In this document: one piece after another, positions 47,386 through 55,547 of the stretch
Layout of the letters: the number at the start of each line of letters is the position of its first letter
Position numbering within the stretch: position 1 is the first letter of the stretch
Virus record (IMG/VR): IMGVR_UViG_3300028025_006013
Span: 1-63,957 of that record
Source: a virus
Lineage: Duplodnaviria > Caudoviricetes
DNA length: 63,957 nt
Direction: 5' to 3' (one strand)
Notes under the pieces: model-generated
What the model saw: only the letters and a program-made list of their open reading frames with translations
What the model was told of the DNA's origin: nothing
Database searches by the model: none
Position numbers and translations under genes: made by a program

Positions 47386-48048
47386 ATGAAACGAATTGCA
47401 CTTGCGATAACCCTCCTCACCCAACCCATACGCGGGCAGGACACGCTAGAGCAAACCCTATCCAATTCAATTGGTGGTAGTGCAGCTAGTCATACAAAAC
47501 AAATCAACTTTACAGCCAACGGAGACAATTCACACAAATACAAATCGTACGCGTTATCCAACCAAACCAATTATTCGGTTTCGTGGGTGGATAGGAAGGT
47601 AGCAGAGGAAATATCCCACAAATCCAATTTGACCCGAGGTAAATGGTTTTGCCTCTACATGTTCACCCATTCGTTAACCCGTAAAATAGACTACGACAAT
47701 TCAATTGGTGTGGGGTATGTACATTGGTGGGAAAATATATCACTTTCATATGGTGTGATGTATGGACGAACTATTTATACAACCTTACCCAATGTAAACG
47801 TGCTTAGACACTCAATACGAGCTAAAGCAACACACAAATGGGTAACCATAGAATACTACATTCAACCAAATATCAACATGCTGAGCGATCTCATAGTCAC
47901 TGGATACACTAAACTTAATTTATTCCAGGGTAAAATAGTTGGTCTTTCCGTGGTAGATGTCGTAAATTTCCGCAGTAACAGTAATACCAAATTAATTCAC
48001 ACAACCAGTTTAACCATAAATTTAAACATAAAATACAAAGTTATATGA
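47386..48048 (+). CDS. Putative outer-membrane beta-barrel protein
   Basis: Signal peptide followed by alternating hydrophobic beta-strand pattern. Confidence 0.45.
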   Translation: MKRIALAITLLTQPIRGQDTLEQTLSNSIGGSAASHTKQINFTANGDNSHKYKSYALSNQTNYSVSWVDRKVAEEISHKSNLTRGKWFCLYMFTHSLTRKIDYDNSIGVGYVHWWENISLSYGVMYGRTIYTTLPNVNVLRHSIRAKATHKWVTIEYYIQPNINMLSDLIVTGYTKLNLFQGKIVGLSVVDVVNFRSNSNTKLIHTTSLTINLNIKYKVI

Positions 48049-48839
48049 AAAAAATCAAAGTATCCCACGAAACTCCATTTTCACTACTTGAAAAAAGCCT
48101 CGAATTCAATGACATGCAATATGCTTTGCCGCATTTGCTAGAGGACAACAAGAAATACCGTGAATTTTTCTTCAAATGTCAAAAGAACGGTGTCGAAATA
48201 TACCTCGACAATTCATTGCATGAACTTTCATATGCGATGCCCGATAATACATTAGTTAAATGGACAAACATACTAATGCCATCTACATTTTTCGTTCCGG
48301 ACGTGTGGGAAGACTACGATGCATCAGTTGTAAACGCGAGAAGATGGGCACAATTGCCGGTTCCAATTAAAACCACAAAATGTGCCGTAGTTCAAGCAAA
48401 ATCATTGCACGAGGCAATGCTGTGTGTGCAAGCGTACCGTGATTTAGGATACACTAAATTCGCATTCTCATATGGTGCATCGTACTACAATGAGCTATGC
48501 CCACACACAAACAAAGACTTCGGTAAAGCAATCGGGCGATTCACAGCCATATCCAGAATGCGAGAAGAGGGAATATTGCGCGATTCAGATCGTGTACATT
48601 TACTAGGCACTGCATTTCCATACGAATTTGGACTATACAAAGACATGCCATTCATCGAATCAATCGATACATCAAATCCAGTTATGGCCACACTTGAGGG
48701 TTCCATTTACACTGACATGGGCTTAACCAAAAAACCAGTGGCAAACATGAACAATTTTCAAGACATACACATTGATGATGTAAACCTGGATTTACTCGAG
48801 TACAATGTGCGTAGATTTCGCGAGATAAACGGGCTCTAA
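48045..48839 (+). CDS. TGT-fold protein, putative 7-deazaguanine DNA transglycosylase (DpdA-like)
   Basis: YLDNS, VPD, VVQ, VHLLG and SIDTS motifs of the TGT/DpdA barrel; adjacent to queC/queD. Confidence 0.6.
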   Translation: MKKIKVSHETPFSLLEKSLEFNDMQYALPHLLEDNKKYREFFFKCQKNGVEIYLDNSLHELSYAMPDNTLVKWTNILMPSTFFVPDVWEDYDASVVNARRWAQLPVPIKTTKCAVVQAKSLHEAMLCVQAYRDLGYTKFAFSYGASYYNELCPHTNKDFGKAIGRFTAISRMREEGILRDSDRVHLLGTAFPYEFGLYKDMPFIESIDTSNPVMATLEGSIYTDMGLTKKPVANMNNFQDIHIDDVNLDLLEYNVRRFREINGL

Positions 48840-48926
48840 TTTGGAGCCCATATTTTTATTTCGTATATTCAATATAAAGCAAGTAAAACGAAATGGTTTT
48901 ACTTTAAATTTAAAACAATATAGGTT

Positions 48927-49181
48927 ATGGAATCAAGAGAAACATTTTTGTCGTTGTACGACTATTTAGGTAAAGCAGCTGGACCTGAACTTGGAAAAAA
49001 AGTAGCGGCAGCAGCTAGAAAATCGCGTTTGAACTTAAAAACACGCGCTGTATCTAACCCAACATACGCTGGATTCGTGTATTTGTACCCGAAAGATTTC
49101 CTGGACGCATTCTTTGGAGATACACACCCAGATGATGCACCATCAGTAGGTGATATGCAAGACTATGATTTACCATTTTAA
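48927..49181 (+). CDS. Hypothetical protein
   Basis: 84-aa ORF after a TTG-N20-TATATT promoter. Confidence 0.55.
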   Translation: MESRETFLSLYDYLGKAAGPELGKKVAAAARKSRLNLKTRAVSNPTYAGFVYLYPKDFLDAFFGDTHPDDAPSVGDMQDYDLPF

Positions 49182-49183
49182 AC

Positions 49184-49621
49184 ATGTATAAACTGTTGGA
49201 CATACTGATGGAAACACGTATATTTGAGTTAGCATATCATCGCAAAAATGCTATGGACAAAGTACGCGACATCAGCCTCAACACAAGCATGGAATTGCTC
49301 AAAATACTAATGTACAAAGACTCCCGCAACCAAAACCATTGGCGCGGTAAATTTGATGGGTGGATGGCTGGAATCAAACGTTATTCCAAAGGTACCCTAA
49401 AAGTACATGACCTGTTCAATTTGCTATGGGTGGAGCCATTGGGTGAAATAGACCAATTGGAAGATTTGATTAGCATGGTTGAAGCCGATTACTATACACC
49501 ATCATACCATATCGACTACAATGATTTACCCGCATTGCACAACCAAATGAAAAATATATTTGCGGATATATCCAGGGATATAGTAAACAATAAACGCATA
49601 ACTATAAACAATTACATATGA
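49184..49621 (+). CDS. Hypothetical protein
   Basis: 145 aa; KLLDILME leader. Confidence 0.55.
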   Translation: MYKLLDILMETRIFELAYHRKNAMDKVRDISLNTSMELLKILMYKDSRNQNHWRGKFDGWMAGIKRYSKGTLKVHDLFNLLWVEPLGEIDQLEDLISMVEADYYTPSYHIDYNDLPALHNQMKNIFADISRDIVNNKRITINNYI

Positions 49622-50424
49622 AACAAGAAAAAAAACACGCCGTAGTTTCACTGAGTGGGGGAATGGATTCAAGCACATTACTGCTACGTTGCTTAAAAGA
49701 ATTCGATACTGTAACCGCTATTTCATTTGACTATGGTCAAAAACATAGAGTAGAATTGGAACGCGCTCAATCGTTGGTAAACTATTTAAACTCAAAAGAA
49801 GACATATACATTAACTATCGCGTAATCAAATTAGACGGTTTAGTTGATTTACTTAACTCTACATTAGTGGAAGGTGGTGCAGATGTGCCTGAAGGTCACT
49901 ACGCTGAGGAAAACATGAAAGCAACTGTAGTTCCAAACCGCAACAAGATATTTGCTTCCATCACTCAAGCAATCGCTTTATCCGTAGCAGACAAAACAGG
50001 CGAAACATGTGACATTGCGTTAGGTATCCATAGCGGTGACCACTCTGTTTATCCTGATACTACTGAAGAATTTAGACAAGCAGATACACATGCATTCAGA
50101 ATAGGCAATTGGGGCTCAGAAAACGTTGGTTTCTTTACACCATACATGGAGGGAGACAAATTTACTATTCTACAAGACGGAGAAACGTTATGCCGTGAGT
50201 TAGGACTGGAATTTAATGAAGTATATAAACGCACAAATACTTCATACAAACCATACCCATCTGGTAATTCAGACTACAAATCAGCATCTTCAGTTGAACG
50301 TATTGAAGCATTCATCAAATTAGGTAAACCCGATCCAGTACAATACGAAGACGAAACTGGTGAAGTAAGTTGGGAGGTAGCCCGAGCACATGCAGAACAT
50401 GTATTAGCTTCACACAATTCGTAA
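49618..50424 (+). CDS. queC: 7-cyano-7-deazaguanine synthase
   Basis: SLSGGMDSST, FDYGQKH, VVPNRN, YPD motifs. Confidence 0.93.
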   Translation: MKQEKKHAVVSLSGGMDSSTLLLRCLKEFDTVTAISFDYGQKHRVELERAQSLVNYLNSKEDIYINYRVIKLDGLVDLLNSTLVEGGADVPEGHYAEENMKATVVPNRNKIFASITQAIALSVADKTGETCDIALGIHSGDHSVYPDTTEEFRQADTHAFRIGNWGSENVGFFTPYMEGDKFTILQDGETLCRELGLEFNEVYKRTNTSYKPYPSGNSDYKSASSVERIEAFIKLGKPDPVQYEDETGEVSWEVARAHAEHVLASHNS

Positions 50425-50446
50425 TCATTACTAAACATACAAAAAC

Positions 50447-50602
50447 ATGAACCAACCAGATCCAAAAATGCACCAAATCGTTAGCTTCGTGAAATCCGGA
50501 GCACGTATAGTCGGATACGTGTTGATATTAATAGACATTAACATGGCCGTATCTACATTAGTATTATCCGAGGTAATCGGTATTGTAGAAGAACTTGTAT
50601 AG
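50447..50602 (+). CDS. Small hydrophobic protein (51 aa)
   Basis: MNQPDPKMHQIVSFVKSGARI...IGIVEELV translated by eye, between queC and queD. Confidence 0.55.
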   Translation: MNQPDPKMHQIVSFVKSGARIVGYVLILIDINMAVSTLVLSEVIGIVEELV

Positions 50603-50638
50603 CTCAAAACAAATTTGTATATTAAAACAAAAAACAAT

Positions 50639-51103
50639 ATGTCAACATTTACATCATCAAAATTATACGATGGGTATTCTACATGCTTCAGACAATGGGG
50701 AGCAGATGGTACTCATTGCAAATTCCTCCATGGATATGCGGTTTCGTTTCGCGTATGGTTCGAAGGCGAACTAGATCACCGCAATTGGGTGATGGACTTT
50801 GGTGCAGCAAAACGCGCAAAACATACAATTGAGGGCATGAACCCAAAAGACTATTTCGCGTACTTGCTAGACCACACTACCATCATCGCAGAAGACGATC
50901 CGTATTTAGAGCATTTCAAGCAAATGGATGCAGACGGAATCATCCAACTACGCATACTACCTATGGTAGGATGTGAGCGTTTCGCTGAACATTTATACAA
51001 TGTAATTAACAACTGGACACAAGCTGAAACAGACGGGCGTGTTAGAGTATCTAAAGTAGAAGTATATGAACATGAACGAAACTCAGCATCGTATGAGGGG
51101 TAG
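50639..51103 (+). CDS. queD: 6-carboxytetrahydropterin synthase
   Basis: HCKFLHGY, WVMDFG, LDH, E.YE..RN motifs. Confidence 0.9.
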   Translation: MSTFTSSKLYDGYSTCFRQWGADGTHCKFLHGYAVSFRVWFEGELDHRNWVMDFGAAKRAKHTIEGMNPKDYFAYLLDHTTIIAEDDPYLEHFKQMDADGIIQLRILPMVGCERFAEHLYNVINNWTQAETDGRVRVSKVEVYEHERNSASYEG

Positions 51104-51263
51104 TAAGCCCCCATACACTAACACTACGGACAATCTATATACATTTCTGTTAATAGCTATGTCCCTGGAAGCACATCTAAACATCAACATAACAGATGAT
51201 GAATGGGGTGAAATTTCAGACATAGACGATATTATTGAATTAGTAAACGAAAAATTAAGTTAA
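51093..51263 (+). CDS. Truncated acyl-carrier-protein-like ORF
   Basis: DNL....IAMSLEAHLNINITDDEWGEI..IDDIIELV resembles the C-terminal half of ACP. Confidence 0.4.
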   Translation: MRGSKPPYTNTTDNLYTFLLIAMSLEAHLNINITDDEWGEISDIDDIIELVNEKLS

Positions 51264-51376
51264 CATATGGATGGTCAAACAGTTAGACAGTACGGAAATG
51301 TTCAATTAGCTTGGACGACCACAACCACATGGGATATTTATTTCCCTCAACCACTGATAGTAAAATACATCATCAC

Positions 51377-51619
51377 ATGAAACAACTAATTTACTTTTAC
51401 GGCACATTTTGCAATCCTTGCAAATCGTTCCGCCCCACCATTGACACAATAAGCAGGGAATACCCAGTGCGATACGTTGATGTCGATCAAGAACCACAAC
51501 TTGTAACAGAGTATGGAATTCGTTCAGTACCCACAATTGTGGTAGTGGAAAATGGACGCCCAGTTGGAAAACAATCGGGCGTGCTGACAGAAGGTCAGTT
51601 GCGTGGTATGTTAAATTAA
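51377..51619 (+). CDS. Thioredoxin
   Basis: FCNPCK active site; YGIRSVPT. Confidence 0.88.
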   Translation: MKQLIYFYGTFCNPCKSFRPTIDTISREYPVRYVDVDQEPQLVTEYGIRSVPTIVVVENGRPVGKQSGVLTEGQLRGMLN

Positions 51620-51621
51620 TA

Positions 51622-51647
51622 GATGACCCCAATTTGGGGTCATTTTT
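51622..51647 (+). terminator. Rho-independent terminator
   Basis: ATGACCCCAA-T-TTGGGGTCAT followed by TTTT. Confidence 0.75.
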
Positions 51648-51697
51648 ATCCATATACTTTCCATATCATTCACCATATGTATAACTAAAATTAAAAC

Positions 51698-52138
51698 ATG
51701 GGAAATTTAACCTTGCGTTCCGTTAAAGGATCTGCACTTACACATACAGAATTAGACAATAACTTCAGATATTTCACTGGTTCACACGCCATTACTGGCT
51801 CACTTACCGCATCTGATGGTTTTGTAGGAAATGTAGTTGGTACAGCTTCATATGCTACATTAGCTGTAACTGCATCATACGCTATTAGCGCGTCATATGC
51901 TACAACCTCATCATATGTTAAAAATGCACAAACAGCAAGCTACGTTGCAAACGCGGTATCCGCTTCATACTCCACAACATCCAGCTACGTTGAACTTGCA
52001 TCCAGAATCCCAACTGTTGCATATGTCCCTACATCATCAGCAGATGAAGGAACCATAGTTGGTTCATGGGCTGGATCAGCATATTCACTATATGTTTACA
52101 TTGGTGGAGGTTGGAGAAAATTTGAATCAACCCCATAA
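51698..52138 (+). CDS. Short fibre-like protein with TASY repeats
   Basis: Repeats as in 2161..5673; C-terminal YVYIGGGWR similar to the end of 5906..7783; late motif at 51675. Confidence 0.65.
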   Translation: MGNLTLRSVKGSALTHTELDNNFRYFTGSHAITGSLTASDGFVGNVVGTASYATLAVTASYAISASYATTSSYVKNAQTASYVANAVSASYSTTSSYVELASRIPTVAYVPTSSADEGTIVGSWAGSAYSLYVYIGGGWRKFESTP

Positions 52139-52211
52139 TTTAAAACAAACACATTCAAAAAATATTTGGCTCCGCAAGGAGCCATTTGTATCTTTAATCA
52201 AAAACAGTTAT

Positions 52212-52997
52212 ATGAGTGAAAAGAAACTAGGTCGCGTTAGCGACTACAATAAAGTACTACCGGTACTAGAGTTATATCGAGCAGTTCAATCCGAAGGATC
52301 GCGATTTGGTCGCCCCACAATCATTGTTCGTACCACTGGATGCACGCACAGGTGTTGGTTTAACGGGGGTGGATGGTGTGATTCATGGCAAACTTCCATA
52401 CACCCAGAGAAAGGGCAATACACATTCAACGATATCGTTAAAATGTACGAGGACAATCCACAGATACATGAAATGATGATCACTGGTGGTTCCCCTACAA
52501 TGCATGGTGATTTAGTGAATGAATTAATGTATTTTGCTCGCGAGCACAATATATTTGTTACCATTGAAACTGAAGGATCCCATTTTTTACCTACGGATCA
52601 TCCAATTGATCTAATTTCATTGTCACCTAAATTTTCAAACAGTGTACCTAAAATAGGTGTGCCTACACCACAAGGTAAACCAACCGATCAGAAAATGATC
52701 GACCAGCACAACAAATTTAGACTAAACGTGAGCGCTATTAAACAAACCCTGGCATACCACAAAGACTACCACTACAAGCCAGTGTGGGATGGAACCGATA
52801 CCAATTTAATTGAAATTGAGGCATTCAGGGTACAATTAAACATCCCACGAGACAAAACATTCGTCATGCCCGCAGGAGATACCCGAGAGGAACTCATTCG
52901 CATGTACCCTATTGTATTTGAGATGTGTGCTGAAAAAGGATACAACATGACAGGACGCGATCACATAATCGCATACAACAAAGAACGCTATGTCTGA
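52212..52997 (+). CDS. queE: 7-carboxy-7-deazaguanine synthase (radical SAM)
   Basis: VQSEG, RTTGCTHRC...WCDS, ITGG.P, IETEG, SLSPK motifs. Confidence 0.9.
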   Translation: MSEKKLGRVSDYNKVLPVLELYRAVQSEGSRFGRPTIIVRTTGCTHRCWFNGGGWCDSWQTSIHPEKGQYTFNDIVKMYEDNPQIHEMMITGGSPTMHGDLVNELMYFAREHNIFVTIETEGSHFLPTDHPIDLISLSPKFSNSVPKIGVPTPQGKPTDQKMIDQHNKFRLNVSAIKQTLAYHKDYHYKPVWDGTDTNLIEIEAFRVQLNIPRDKTFVMPAGDTREELIRMYPIVFEMCAEKGYNMTGRDHIIAYNKERYV

Positions 52998-53018
52998 CCC
53001 ACAAAACACAATTTAGTT

Positions 53019-53519
53019 ATGAACGAATTAATAAGCAAAGCATCCCTCAACCACCACGTGCGAAAAATAGGTGCCACCATCACCAAAAAACACCAACCAG
53101 ACATGAACAATGTAGTGATGGTATGTTTATTGAACGGCGCATTTGTATTTTTCGCCGATTTAGTTAGACAAACTCACTTAAATATCCAGTGCGATTTCAT
53201 GCGCGTTAAATCATACGATGGGCAGGAACAATCCGAGATACAAATACTCAAAGACGTGGAAACGGATTTGACTGGAAAACACGTGTATATCGTTGATGAC
53301 TTTTTCGACACGGGCAATACTATGAACGCTGTTTATTCCCACTTACAATCGCATAATCCTGCGTCGTTAACGGCGGTTACTTTACTTAAACGCTACCGTT
53401 GTAAACGTCCAACCTACCCATTCATATATGGCATTGAAATCAAAAAAGACTGGGTGTTTGGTTACGGGTTAGACAATATTGGATACTGTCGAAATTTATC
53501 ATCCATTTTCAAAGTTTAG
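53019..53519 (+). CDS. hpt: Hypoxanthine/guanine phosphoribosyltransferase
   Basis: LNGAFVF.ADL, KSY, IVDDFFDTGNT, GYGLD motifs. Confidence 0.88.
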   Translation: MNELISKASLNHHVRKIGATITKKHQPDMNNVVMVCLLNGAFVFFADLVRQTHLNIQCDFMRVKSYDGQEQSEIQILKDVETDLTGKHVYIVDDFFDTGNTMNAVYSHLQSHNPASLTAVTLLKRYRCKRPTYPFIYGIEIKKDWVFGYGLDNIGYCRNLSSIFKV

Positions 53520-53568
53520 CTTGGATACCGCAATTCAATTTAGTATATTTACATAAAAACAAGAACAT

Positions 53569-54279
53569 ATGAGTAGAAACGAAAAGACAGTACGAGTGGA
53601 AGACCTCGAAATTGCAACACCTGGATTTGCAAACGGTATTTCCACACAATTGAAAGCATTGCTAGACTCTGGTGAGCACCGTTCACTAAACGATGAAGAA
53701 AAAAGCGCCATCATCGAAGATGCAACAGTACATTTCGGTAATTTTTTAACAGCATTGGGTTGCAATTGGCAAGAAGACCCGAATTCATCAAACACTCCGC
53801 GTCGTGTCGCTAAAGCATACGTAAACGATTTATGGGCTGGTCGATATAACATCATGTCACCAGTTACATCGTTCCCACACGACGGATACCAGGGTATCGT
53901 GCTAGAAAAAAACATAGCATTAACCAGCCAGTGCTCGCACCACCACCAAACAATCAAAGGTGTTGTGCACATTGCATATATCCCAGGCAAGGATGGGAAA
54001 GTGATAGGTTTATCCAAACTTAACAGAACAGTTGAGTTGTATGGTCGCCGCGGTGCTATACAAGAGCAATTAACCGTTGCCATCCACAACGCTATCAACA
54101 AGATATGCGAAGGTAATATTGGCGTTATGGTAGTAATTGACTCTGCACATAATTGTGTCTCGTGTAGGGGGGTGAAGCATCAAGGTGCATCCATGGTTAC
54201 ATCTGAGGTATCTGGTGTATTTGCTAACCACGACAAAACAGCAAAGCAAGAAGTAATGGAAATGATTAAATTAAAATAG
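53569..54279 (+). CDS. folE: GTP cyclohydrolase I
   Basis: TPRRVAK, SQCSHH, GLSKLNR, IQEQLT, HNCVSCRG motifs. Confidence 0.95.
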   Translation: MSRNEKTVRVEDLEIATPGFANGISTQLKALLDSGEHRSLNDEEKSAIIEDATVHFGNFLTALGCNWQEDPNSSNTPRRVAKAYVNDLWAGRYNIMSPVTSFPHDGYQGIVLEKNIALTSQCSHHHQTIKGVVHIAYIPGKDGKVIGLSKLNRTVELYGRRGAIQEQLTVAIHNAINKICEGNIGVMVVIDSAHNCVSCRGVKHQGASMVTSEVSGVFANHDKTAKQEVMEMIKLK

Positions 54280-54281
54280 AC

Positions 54282-54833
54282 ATGAAGAAAATATTTCAGC
54301 AATTAGCAGATTTCAGTGTTGGCTTGCACAAGTCAAACTATGTACCATTCATTTCGGAAGTGGAAGAATTCAATACGTTAATGGGAAAAGAATGGCAGAA
54401 CAGAACCACCCCAACCATTAACCCAGATGACGCAAAGTTTGTAGTTGATTTTATCCAGGAAGAACTTGATGAATTGAAAGAATCCATTGCGGACAATGAT
54501 ATAGTGGGGATATTCGATGCATTGTTAGACATCACATACGTTTGCACTGGAAATGGTGCATTGGTATTCGGTTTGAAAGATAGATTTTTGGAAGGATATG
54601 CAGAGGTGCAAGCCTCTAATTTATCCAAAATATGTATGACCGAAGAGGATGCCATAGAAACGGTTAAAGTACGCTCTGAGCAACAAGGTCGCCCATGCCA
54701 CTTCGAGAAAGTAGGAGACGGATATGTTGTATATCGCGATGATATGAAAGTCATGAAAAACGTAAAATACTTCAGCCCGAACTTAACGCAATTCTTCACA
54801 CAAGACGAAATTAACAATTGTAAATTAAAATAA
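54282..54833 (+). CDS. MazG-like NTP pyrophosphohydrolase
   Basis: IQEELDEL, DALLDITYV, EVQASNLSK motifs. Confidence 0.8.
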   Translation: MKKIFQQLADFSVGLHKSNYVPFISEVEEFNTLMGKEWQNRTTPTINPDDAKFVVDFIQEELDELKESIADNDIVGIFDALLDITYVCTGNGALVFGLKDRFLEGYAEVQASNLSKICMTEEDAIETVKVRSEQQGRPCHFEKVGDGYVVYRDDMKVMKNVKYFSPNLTQFFTQDEINNCKLK

Positions 54834-54844
54834 ACCAAACATAC

Positions 54845-55087
54845 ATGAGAACAACACAACAAATTTTAGCAGATTTGAAACACACCACTGAATGGTCCCA
54901 ACCAAATATCAAATACGGTGAAACAATGGCACTAATCAATGAACTAGAAGCGGTATTGAACGAAGTTAAAACCACAATCGACAAAGCATCTAAACCAGCC
55001 AAAGCTGAACCAGTTGCTGAAGTAGCAGAGGTAGTAGAAAAAACAGTAGCTACACCTAAAGCAAAAGCAACACCTGCGAAAAAGTAA
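54845..55087 (+). CDS. Hypothetical protein with an Ala/Lys-rich tail
   Basis: 80-aa ORF. Confidence 0.55.
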   Translation: MRTTQQILADLKHTTEWSQPNIKYGETMALINELEAVLNEVKTTIDKASKPAKAEPVAEVAEVVEKTVATPKAKATPAKK

Positions 55088-55112
55088 CATATTTATATCT
55101 AAACACACAATC

Positions 55113-55469
55113 ATGAACAAAGAAACACTAAGAATGCAAATGTTGGCGGGTGTAATCACTGAAAGCCAGTATAAACAAAAATTGAATGAAGAGTATGTTG
55201 TATCTGTAGCTGATCATCTAAATTCAAATAAGGATGAATTTTTGGAGAAACTATCACATAAAGGTGAACTTTATGGAATTGATTATAGCTCTTTCTTCCC
55301 ATTTGAACAAACTTCAGATAAAATAGCAACATCAACTGGAGGAGATGGGGTTATCCATGCCGCGTATACAACAGATGACCTATTCAACTCCCACCCAGAA
55401 GATGAAGGGATGGATGTTAAATTAGATGGAAAAAATATCGTCTTTGGAACCCCTGATGGTTTGTGGTAA
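55113..55469 (+). CDS. Hypothetical late protein (LRMQMLAGVITE motif)
   Basis: Late motif at 55089; motif shared with 62722..63771. Confidence 0.6.
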   Translation: MNKETLRMQMLAGVITESQYKQKLNEEYVVSVADHLNSNKDEFLEKLSHKGELYGIDYSSFFPFEQTSDKIATSTGGDGVIHAAYTTDDLFNSHPEDEGMDVKLDGKNIVFGTPDGLW

Positions 55470-55547
55470 TCAATAATCTTCATACAATTTAATTCAAAAG
55501 CTTGGCTCCGCCAGGCTTTTTTTGTATATTCCAATAAAATTCAAGTT

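Noticed and set aside
48880-48905. 13-nt match AGTAAAACGAAAT shared with 44519
   Set aside because: A single short AT-rich match that can arise by chance; at 48881 it is simply part of a local hairpin.
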